59,880 nt of DNA, taken from the NCBI GenBank assembly GCA_038212075.1, contig JBBQUV010000002.1, positions 73,343 through 133,222 of the forward strand, in the 5' to 3' direction. The notes beneath the pieces are model-generated. The model saw only the letters and a program-made list of their open reading frames with translations. It did not search any database and was not told where the DNA came from. This DNA comes from Minisyncoccia bacterium (GTDB lineage: Bacteria; Patescibacteriota; Minisyncoccia; Phycocordibacterales; Phycocordibacteraceae). Positions 52,982-59,880 of this stretch are shown piece by piece. The position numbers and the translations under genes were made by a program. Numbering within the stretch: the stretch's first letter is position 1; every line of letters begins with the position of its first letter.

Positions 52982-53029
52982 GCTTCCGCACAAAGAACTT
53001 ATTGCCTCAACTCAGAGGGTTGGATGATC

Positions 53030-53764
53030 TCAGCCGATACCGCCACCGTACATATCGCCGAGGTGGATATTGACGGTGCCGTCGGTGAACATGTGCAGGT
53101 GGTGCCCACTCATGGTCACGTGACCCACGGCACCATTCGGGCCGACTTCGATGAACGAGTGGTCGCTGTCCTGAATGAAGGCGGTGCCGCCCGCATTCCA
53201 GACATCGATGTGCTCGCCTTTCTGCAACTCCGTGATGCTCACGTTGCCGCCGGTGTAGAGGTCGTATGTATCGGCCCCACCACCACCTTTCATGTCGACT
53301 TCGCCGTCACCGCCATACCAGATGAACCGGTCAGTATCGGCCCCACCATACATGTGGGTAAGGCCCGAGCCGCCGGCAACGAGCATGTTGTTGCCGGCAT
53401 TGCCGTAGAGCTCGGCGTTTCCAGGTCCCCAGTGGCTCAGGTAGTCGTTACCATCGCCGCCGAGAAACTTGTAGTTGCCGGCGCCATAGCCGCTGCCGTA
53501 GTCATCGCCGCCGAGAAGCTTGACGGTGATGCTGCCTTTGGCGTCGGTCGCAAAACTGTCATCGTAATCGGTGAGCTTGATGGTTTGCGGCGGCGGCGGC
53601 GCGGGGTCGGTCGTGACCGACAGATCGTTGGCGACCATGGCCGGGCCGCTGGTGTTGATCAAATCCAACGCGACGCCAGGATGGCTGTCGAAGTTGAAGG
53701 AATCGACCAACTCGGAGTGCGTAAGCGCATTGCCGGACACGCCGGCTTTGGAGATCGAATTCAT
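53030..53764 (-). CDS. RTX-type (hemolysin-type calcium-binding, GGxGxD) repeat protein
   Basis: LLGGDDYGSG, FLGGDGNDYL, LYGNAGNNML, MYGGADTDRF and MKGGGGADTY nonapeptide-like repeats. GAGGG SD before the ATG at 53764. Strongly GC-rich, with a full-length antisense shadow ORF. Confidence 0.65.
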   Translation of the reverse strand: MNSISKAGVSGNALTHSELVDSFNFDSHPGVALDLINTSGPAMVANDLSVTTDPAPPPPQTIKLTDYDDSFATDAKGSITVKLLGGDDYGSGYGAGNYKFLGGDGNDYLSHWGPGNAELYGNAGNNMLVAGGSGLTHMYGGADTDRFIWYGGDGEVDMKGGGGADTYDLYTGGNVSITELQKGEHIDVWNAGGTAFIQDSDHSFIEVGPNGAVGHVTMSGHHLHMFTDGTVNIHLGDMYGGGIG

Positions 53765-53966
53765 GTGGTAACCCTCGAAAGAAGACACTCTCATCCCCGG
53801 AGTGGGGCAGTAGTGCCGAAGTGCTAATCGTAGCATATCATACACATATTGTCAATACCATAAAAGCTATCAACACCAGGGCGTTGACGCCTAGTCAAAT
53901 GAATTAGATGATAGAGCGAAGCAGGGGGCAAAAGATTTACTCCGTTCGATAATCTTTGCTCGTAGT

Positions 53967-56471
53967 ATGAATTCAATTAAGACGTGCGTAACCGGACTTT
54001 TTCTTGGTCTGTTTTTTCTTGTTCCTTCTTTTTCGCATGCAACGACGCTTGGCGATATTCAAGCACAGATAGCAAACCTTCTTGCGCAAATTAGTTCACT
54101 CCAAACCCAGCTTGCGGCAACACAATCAGATGTTGTTCCTGGTACCGCACACGCTCCGTACTGCATGGAGCTCTCTCACACCTTTGGTTATGGTGCTACT
54201 GATGTGTCTGCGGGTGGCGAGGTTTCAAAACTTCAAACATTCCTCATCAATCAAGGACTTCTTTCAGGAACGGCCACGGGATATTTTGGCCCCCACACGC
54301 TTGCGGCGATTAAATCATTTCAATCCACGTATGGGATAAGTGAATCAAGTGATGCAGGCATCATTGATTCAGCGACACGCGCAAAACTTTCTGCGTGGTG
54401 CGACACCAATCCTATCGTTCCAACAGAACCAGAACTTACCGCAACACCTTCACTCAGTTACTCTATAAACATTCTCGCAGGCTTTACGGGTGATAGCTGG
54501 CAAGAGGGGAGCAATATTGACGGCGTTGTCCTTGATATCAAAAACACGTCAAACCTAAACCAAACAGCGATATTCCTGACCAGTTGCCTTGCAACATACA
54601 AACTGTATGACGCAAATGGAACGATGGTGTTTGATTTCGGTTCTGTTCAGCACTGTGTTTCAAACAAAACCACACAGACACTTACGCCAGGTAATCAGTA
54701 TGGCGTTCGTATTGATCATCTCGATTCCTATTTCCACTTGAAACCAGGAAAATATGTTATGAAGGCGCACGCGTTGAATGTAAATGGAGGAACAGCTCAA
54801 ACGTACTTCTATGTGAATGCGGCTTCTGTTCCCACGATCTCGCGTGTTGTTGCTCCTGCTGAAGCCGTGAATGTTATTCACCCAGGCGAGACAACGGCGA
54901 TATACGGAACGAATCTCGATATCTCTGGTTACTACGTACACATGGTAGGGAAGGCGTACACACAAAACGTCTCGGTGAAGAACACCGCATACGGAACACT
55001 CCAGTTTATTGTTCCTGCGGCAGACAACGGTGACTACACTATCCAGCTTATGAATTCGAATGGACAGACGAGTAATAAGGTTAGTGTCACGCTCACTAAT
55101 AATCTGGTTGCCAGCAGCGCAAAAATTACAGGACTAGATCATCATGTTGGTGGTACTACTGGTGAACATGATCCGGAAACGTTTACGGTATTCGGGAGTG
55201 GTTTTACGAGAGATAGCGTTCTTGCGTATACCGATACGTATGGGGTCAAAAGAGGCACCACTGGTACATTGACGTATGTCATTTCATTCTCAACAACCAA
55301 AATTATTTTTGCCGGCGACCTAGAGACTGGTAATCAGGCCAGTATCTACCGTGTCAAGTTAATCGATGGTAATGGAAATTCAAGTAATGAAATAGTGGTT
55401 GATACGATTCCAGGAACTGCATACAATCCTGTTCAAAGTAACCTTGCGAGTGCGTTGTCGGCACTTGAATCAGTGCTTGTCGCAATTGGAAATTCTGTTC
55501 ATGGTGTTGGTCAGGTGCTTGGCGCATCAACGCAAGCAGTATCTCCAATCCTGTCTCTTAGTGAGGATGCAAGTAATCCATCCGCTGGATATATGGTTGC
55601 GAAGGCAACAACGTCGTCAGGACCATTTTCGGTTCTCGCTTTTGATATAAACGACATTGCGACGAGTACAGACTTGTTGGTCTCCTCTCTCAAAATAAAT
55701 GTAACGAGCTTGGCAACAAGTACACCGGCAAATGCCATCATCAGTAGTGCCACATTGTCGGTGAACGGGAGTACAAGCACTGGTTTTGTTGGAAGCGACA
55801 ACACGATTACGTTTAGTGGCCTGCACATCACTATTGGCCATAGCTCAAAGGTGGTTGGAAGAGTTTCGCTCACTTTGTCTTCTCAAGAAGGGCACTATGG
55901 CGCCACCGGTGCGTCACTACGTCTTGTGCTTAAGAAAGACGGTGTTCAGGCGACAACGATGAATTCAGATCATGTTATCGCGGTGTCAGCAATGAGCGGT
56001 TCGGCGATGGGTAACAAACAGAAGATTGTTGTCGGGTCTATTGTTACAGTAAGTAAGGTTTCTGCTTCTGCTGTGCTTACTTACAACGCAAATAATCCAT
56101 CACGAAGCTACGGAACGTATGTTTTGAAATTTGATGTGACCGCCGTTGGTGGCGATATCTACGTTCCGAACATGGCGACCACCACCTCACTATCTGCCGT
56201 TATCTATGCAGTGAGCGGTACAGGAAGTTCAAGTTTCAAGGGAGCGTCAACTGCTTCTTTCTCTTCCACAGCAGATTCGTCTAGTAGTACACGATACATC
56301 GTGCATGACGGAGATACGAAAACGTTTACGCTCTCGGTCAGTGCAGACCCTACCACTACGGGAGATTACACAACGGGAATTTCAAAGATTAGATTCGGGA
56401 CGACTCCAACAGGCGTCTTAAAGCAGTTAAATTTTTCTGAAGTAACTGATTTTTTGCACATTCCTAACTAG
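53967..56471 (+). CDS. large secreted surface protein (834 aa): signal peptide, coiled segment, PG_binding_1-like domain, multiple Ig/IPT-like beta domains
   Basis: FLGLFFLVPSFSHA signal. IQAQIANLLAQISSLQTQL. GGEVSKLQTFLINQGLLSGTATGYFGPHTLAAIKSFQ. Ser/Thr-rich beta-repeat body. Confidence 0.65.
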   Translation: MNSIKTCVTGLFLGLFFLVPSFSHATTLGDIQAQIANLLAQISSLQTQLAATQSDVVPGTAHAPYCMELSHTFGYGATDVSAGGEVSKLQTFLINQGLLSGTATGYFGPHTLAAIKSFQSTYGISESSDAGIIDSATRAKLSAWCDTNPIVPTEPELTATPSLSYSINILAGFTGDSWQEGSNIDGVVLDIKNTSNLNQTAIFLTSCLATYKLYDANGTMVFDFGSVQHCVSNKTTQTLTPGNQYGVRIDHLDSYFHLKPGKYVMKAHALNVNGGTAQTYFYVNAASVPTISRVVAPAEAVNVIHPGETTAIYGTNLDISGYYVHMVGKAYTQNVSVKNTAYGTLQFIVPAADNGDYTIQLMNSNGQTSNKVSVTLTNNLVASSAKITGLDHHVGGTTGEHDPETFTVFGSGFTRDSVLAYTDTYGVKRGTTGTLTYVISFSTTKIIFAGDLETGNQASIYRVKLIDGNGNSSNEIVVDTIPGTAYNPVQSNLASALSALESVLVAIGNSVHGVGQVLGASTQAVSPILSLSEDASNPSAGYMVAKATTSSGPFSVLAFDINDIATSTDLLVSSLKINVTSLATSTPANAIISSATLSVNGSTSTGFVGSDNTITFSGLHITIGHSSKVVGRVSLTLSSQEGHYGATGASLRLVLKKDGVQATTMNSDHVIAVSAMSGSAMGNKQKIVVGSIVTVSKVSASAVLTYNANNPSRSYGTYVLKFDVTAVGGDIYVPNMATTTSLSAVIYAVSGTGSSSFKGASTASFSSTADSSSSTRYIVHDGDTKTFTLSVSADPTTTGDYTTGISKIRFGTTPTGVLKQLNFSEVTDFLHIPN

Positions 56472-56480
56472 TAAGTAGCT

Positions 56481-56522
56481 AAAAACAACACCGCGGCGCC
56501 TAGGCGCCGCGGTGTTGTTTTT
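56481..56522 (+). terminator. intrinsic terminator (17-bp perfect stem)
   Basis: aaaaacaacaccgcggcgcc-ta-ggcgccgcggtgttgttttt. Confidence 0.7.
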
Positions 56523-56541
56523 GCGGTATAGTGGGCGGACT

Positions 56542-57675
56542 ATGGATGCAAAACAAAAGAAGATTATCGCGACCTATAAAAAACAAGGCGCTCGGATAGA
56601 AACAAAAGCTCGCGTGAAGCTCGCGGGAAAAAAAGATTTTACGCTGTGGTATACGCCATCAGTCGGCACCGCCGCCGCACATCTTGCGAAGAACCCAAAA
56701 GACGCACGCCATATGAGCGTAAAGAAAAATTCTGTTGCCGTTGTTTCCGACGGTTCTGCCGTACTTGGACTTGGCAACATTGGTCCCTACGGCGCGCTCC
56801 CGGTGATGGAAGGGAAGGCGCTTATTTTTAAAGAGATGGCAAACATTGATGCGTGGCCGTTGGTGCTTGATACGCAGGACGCAGATGAAATTGTACGCAT
56901 TGTAAAAGCGATTGCGCCAAACTGGGGCGGGATTAACTTGGAAGATATTTCCGCGCCGCGCTGTTTTGCTATTGAAGCGGCGCTTCAAGATATTGGTATT
57001 CCCGTAATGCACGATGACCAGCATGGTACTGCTGTGGTGGTGCTTGCCGGACTTATGAACGCCGCAAAAGTAGTAGGGAAGTCTTTTCCAAAATTGAAGG
57101 TAGTCATTTCTGGCGCAGGAGCGGCGGGAACGGCAATCGCTAAACTCTTAAAAAACGCAGGCGTGAAGGATATGGTGATGCTCGACCGCACAGGAACTAT
57201 ATATAAGGAGCGTGGGGAACTTGTAGAGAATAAAAAAGAACTAGCATCCTTCACCAATCCACGCGGTGTTCGTGGAGGGCTTACTGAAGCCATAGAAGGC
57301 GCAGATGTATTCATTGGCGTGTCAGGGAAAGGGCTATTCAATGCGGCACACATAAAGAGCATGGCACCGAAGGCGATTGTTTTTGCGCTCGCCAATCCTA
57401 TTCCAGAAATTATGCCGGACGAAGCACGCAAAGCTGGCGCGGCTGTGGTTGCTACAGGACGTTCTGATTTTCCGAATCAACTTAATAATGCGCTCGTGTA
57501 CCCCGGTATTTTCCGCGGTGCCCTTGATAAGGGTATTAAAAAAATAACGGAGAATACGAAACTTCGTGCGGCAAAAGCACTCGCGGCATTAGTAAAGAAA
57601 CCAACAGCCGCAAAAATTATTCCCGATTTACTTGATCCTCGAGTTGTAAAAGCAATTGCAAAAGCAGTGAAGTAA
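56542..57675 (+). CDS. NAD(P)-dependent malic enzyme (short bacterial type)
   Basis: VVSDGSAVLGLGNIGPYGALPVMEGKALIFK, NLEDISAPRCF, VISGAGAAGTAIAKLL, and ANPIPEIMP. Confidence 0.88.
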   Translation: MDAKQKKIIATYKKQGARIETKARVKLAGKKDFTLWYTPSVGTAAAHLAKNPKDARHMSVKKNSVAVVSDGSAVLGLGNIGPYGALPVMEGKALIFKEMANIDAWPLVLDTQDADEIVRIVKAIAPNWGGINLEDISAPRCFAIEAALQDIGIPVMHDDQHGTAVVVLAGLMNAAKVVGKSFPKLKVVISGAGAAGTAIAKLLKNAGVKDMVMLDRTGTIYKERGELVENKKELASFTNPRGVRGGLTEAIEGADVFIGVSGKGLFNAAHIKSMAPKAIVFALANPIPEIMPDEARKAGAAVVATGRSDFPNQLNNALVYPGIFRGALDKGIKKITENTKLRAAKALAALVKKPTAAKIIPDLLDPRVVKAIAKAVK

Positions 57676-57694
57676 TCTTGCTATACTTTTTCGT

Positions 57695-58123
57695 ATGGCG
57701 CACAAACCACTACGGCGGAGCAGGGTAAATCACTTTTTTGTTATTCTTCCGAATTACCTGTATCCGTTTTCCGCTATGGTGGGCGGCAAGAAGGTGCGCG
57801 GGTGGCGCGCATACGAATATACGGTGTCAGTACACGAGCGGCGTTATGGGAAAGGGCATTGGGGAGTGTTCATTAATCTGTACCGTAGTTTTTTCCACAT
57901 CATCGGCTCACTTATCGTGATTACGCTGTTTGCGCTTATCGTGCGTGAATTGTTTGGAACGGAACGTGCACTGTATGCCGTACTTGGAGCGATGACGGTT
58001 GCCTTTGCGTATCAAGAATTTTATTACCACCGTCGTGTGTACGGACAAATTTGGAAAAAAGGAGTGGTGGACTGGCTTTCGTGGGTGGTGCCCGCAAGTA
58101 TTTACGTCTTTTTCAACAATTAA
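57695..58123 (+). CDS. hypothetical membrane protein (142 aa)
   Basis: Extended -10 TGcTATACT (57679..57687) lies 7 nt before the ATG. Three predicted hydrophobic helices. Confidence 0.5.
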   Translation: MAHKPLRRSRVNHFFVILPNYLYPFSAMVGGKKVRGWRAYEYTVSVHERRYGKGHWGVFINLYRSFFHIIGSLIVITLFALIVRELFGTERALYAVLGAMTVAFAYQEFYYHRRVYGQIWKKGVVDWLSWVVPASIYVFFNN

Positions 58124-58572
58124 TCGCGTTGTATTGCTTCTCGTACGCGTTCAAATACCGAGGCAAACCATGCGCGGTCTTTGGTGAACCAATCAGCATG
58201 GGGTGTGCCGAGTATTTCGGATACTTCGCGATAAGGAACCCATTTCGCTTCAAGAATCTCCATGGTTGGTGCAAGTGGTGCGTGGGGAGGCGCGGCAAAC
58301 AAAAACATTTTTATTGTTTTTTCTTCGTACCCGCTTTTTTCAAATGAAACACGCGGGCGAGTGTATTCGCCTAAGTCATCTAAATACTCCAAGTTGGTGA
58401 GCCCGGCTTCTTCTTGTATTTCGCGCCGTGCGGCATCTTCGTCGGTTTCTCCGGGGTCAACATGGCCTTTGGGGAAGAGCCATGACTTACTGTTTGTGCT
58501 CATCACCAGAGCAATGGTTCCGCTATCGCCAAGTACGATGCCGCCAGCTGAACGCGTGTATTTCGGTTCCAT
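58120..58572 (-). CDS. NUDIX hydrolase
   Basis: 150 aa. Nudix box GHVDPGETDEDAARREIQEEAGL. Confidence 0.88.
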   Translation of the reverse strand: MEPKYTRSAGGIVLGDSGTIALVMSTNSKSWLFPKGHVDPGETDEDAARREIQEEAGLTNLEYLDDLGEYTRPRVSFEKSGYEEKTIKMFLFAAPPHAPLAPTMEILEAKWVPYREVSEILGTPHADWFTKDRAWFASVFERVREAIQRD

Positions 58573-58593
58573 TGGGTGCAGTATACTTTAGCT

Positions 58594-58761
58594 ATGAATA
58601 GGAAGAAACTTATCTGGATCTTTATGCTGATCGGCTCCACTATTGGTGGACTCATTCCTGCCTTGTGGGGTGATGCCGTCGGGTTCTCTATGTCGTCAGT
58701 GTTTCTTTCTGCTGTGGGAGGTATTGGTGGAATTATGCTTGCCTTCAAACTCTGGCATTAG
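58594..58761 (+). CDS. small membrane protein (55 aa, two TM)
   Basis: MNRKKLIWIFMLIGSTIGGLIPALWG...VFLSAVGGIGGIMLAFKLW. Confidence 0.4.
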   Translation: MNRKKLIWIFMLIGSTIGGLIPALWGDAVGFSMSSVFLSAVGGIGGIMLAFKLWH

Positions 58762-59546
58762 GCGCCTGGCGTAAATGTTTCGTTGTAGGTGATGATGGTC
58801 CAGCCGCGGCTTTTGGTGTAACGGCCCCAAGGGCTATAGGAACAGACGGTGATGCCGGCGTTTTCCGCAGGACTAAAGAAACTCAGCTTTGCATAGTCCG
58901 CCGCCTGTAATTTTTTGCCATGAATCATGTAGGAAAGAAGAACCTGTAGGAATATTTTGTGGGTGACCACACACACTTCGTGGGGCCCACGGTGTTCTAG
59001 AAAGGTAAGACACATTTCGGAACGCTTTTTTAGGTCAGCAAAATTCTCTTCGTCGGACATACGAAGATTGTCTTCGTGAAAACTTTGATCCATCATTCCA
59101 ATTATTTTTTCTACTTCTGGATCGTGAAAACTTTTTCCGATGATATTTGTTGGGTTGCGGCGTTCGCCAAGAAGAGGGGAATAGATGGTAGGTACGCCGG
59201 ACAGGTGGGCGCCAATAGCCTCTGCAGTCTCTCTTGCTCGTTGAAACGTACTTGAACAAATTTCTTGAATATAAAACTGAGTAAGATAAAGACCTACCAT
59301 GTCCGCCTGCACTTTTCCTGCATCGTTTAAACTACCGGCTTCGCCCTGACGAACTTCAGCTTCGTTCAATAGTGTTTTGCCGTGCCGGATGAAGTAAAAA
59401 TGTTTGGTGCGCAGTCGGGATACGAGAAAGAGAACAAGGGAACCAACGACGACGATAGGGAACCAGTTGTCCATCAGCACCTGGTTCACATCGATAAGTG
59501 TGGGTGGGTGTACAAGGAACGCAATTACTGCTTCCTGAAATTTCAT
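58758..59546 (-). CDS. membrane-anchored histidine phosphatase (phosphoglycerate-mutase-like) family protein
   Basis: 262 aa. N-terminal TM, then FYFIRHGKTLLNE (RHG motif), ...RARETAE..., VVTHKIF. Confidence 0.8.
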   Translation of the reverse strand: MKFQEAVIAFLVHPPTLIDVNQVLMDNWFPIVVVGSLVLFLVSRLRTKHFYFIRHGKTLLNEAEVRQGEAGSLNDAGKVQADMVGLYLTQFYIQEICSSTFQRARETAEAIGAHLSGVPTIYSPLLGERRNPTNIIGKSFHDPEVEKIIGMMDQSFHEDNLRMSDEENFADLKKRSEMCLTFLEHRGPHEVCVVTHKIFLQVLLSYMIHGKKLQAADYAKLSFFSPAENAGITVCSYSPWGRYTKSRGWTIITYNETFTPGA

Positions 59547-59880
59547 ATACTTTCAGTATAGTACGCAGAAAAATATTCGCGGGGGTTATTCCTACTTTGT
59601 GAAATCAGAATTTTGTAAAAGCAAAAAGCCGCTTACGCGACTTTTTGTCTTGCGGTACCTTTTGGTTGAAATTCTAACTTTTTTTGAACAGAACCCCGAC
59701 TAATCACGCGCCGAGCGCGTGGTGGCTCTGAACTTAATTTTACGCTCGTAGAGCGTGGTAATTCAATCGGTGCGTTTCCGCTCGCCTCCGCTTCGCTACG
59801 GCGAACCAAAACAGAAATTTTTTCATTACATTTTTTATTTTTTAGCCCCCCATTTTTTTCTTTTAATAGGAGATGAAAAA

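Noticed and set aside
53024-53827. Plus-strand 267-aa ORF opposite the RTX-like gene
   Set aside because: It is the antisense shadow of a GC-rich repeat gene, Val/Ala/Gly/Asp-rich with no motifs. The minus frame carries the GGxGxD repeats and an SD.
1-59880. Genome-wide stop-codon reassignment (TGA or TAG read as sense)
   Set aside because: All long conserved genes are intact under the standard code. TGA terminates adk at a normal C terminus, and TAA dominates. The three in-frame-stop cases are reported as local oddities only.
59550-59880. Gene-free tail of the window with paired hairpins (cacgcgc-cga-gcgcgtg; acgctc-gtag-agcgtg) and an AGGAG-ATG at 59873
   Set aside because: The two hairpins are only loosely similar and show no CRISPR-like periodicity. 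The putative CDS has only 8 nt inside the window, too little to call.
1-59880. CRISPR arrays, rRNA genes, intact IS or transposase genes, prophage blocks
   Set aside because: None seen. There are no regularly spaced direct repeats, no rRNA-like conserved stretches, and no transposase, capsid or terminase-like translations in the ORF track.

Overview
This 59.9-kb window looks like chromosome from a small-genome, CPR/Patescibacteria-like bacterium. That assignment is an inference from three things: rpmD (L30) is absent between rpsE and rplO, there are many SD-less genes packed a few nt apart, and there are cell-surface proteins with PG-binding and Ig-like domains. The core is the str/S10/spc ribosomal supercluster, rpsL-rpsG-fusA-tuf-rpsJ-rplCDWB-rpsS...rplO-secY-adk-map (10.3-32.2 kb), broken at four normally tight junctions by accessory genes. 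Other housekeeping content includes a tRNA cluster (Pro, Gly, Arg) next to cca, xth, a Xer-type recombinase, rpsO, infC-rpmI-rplT, ndk, smpB-ssrA, ftsH, recG, tRNA-Ile(UAU), a malic enzyme and Nudix/HIT/histidine-phosphatase genes. Visibly GC-richer, probably acquired genes are a membrane desaturase, a GST, an RTX-repeat protein and an orphan gene between rpsJ and rplC. The most unusual signal is a pair of about 165-190-nt structured elements, one just downstream of tRNA-Gly (1609..1773) and one downstream of ssrA (43633..43820). They share a conserved 33-nt arm (28/33 identical). Each also carries a sense copy and an inverted copy of the 3' end (T loop to acceptor) of its own neighbouring tRNA or tmRNA, with a hairpin inserted at the same relative position. 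I could not place them in any RNA or mobile-element class I know. The region downstream of ssrA also holds stacked tmRNA-3'-end fragments, a perfect 48-bp direct repeat and cargo islets with no integrase. Further observations: a 60-bp duplication of the xth 5' end bracketing a 1.6-kb module, three ORF pairs separated only by an in-frame stop, SD-less and apparently leaderless start contexts, and reused identical terminator hairpins. No CRISPR array, rRNA gene or intact transposase was seen. All calls rest on hand translation and motif recognition; no database search was run.
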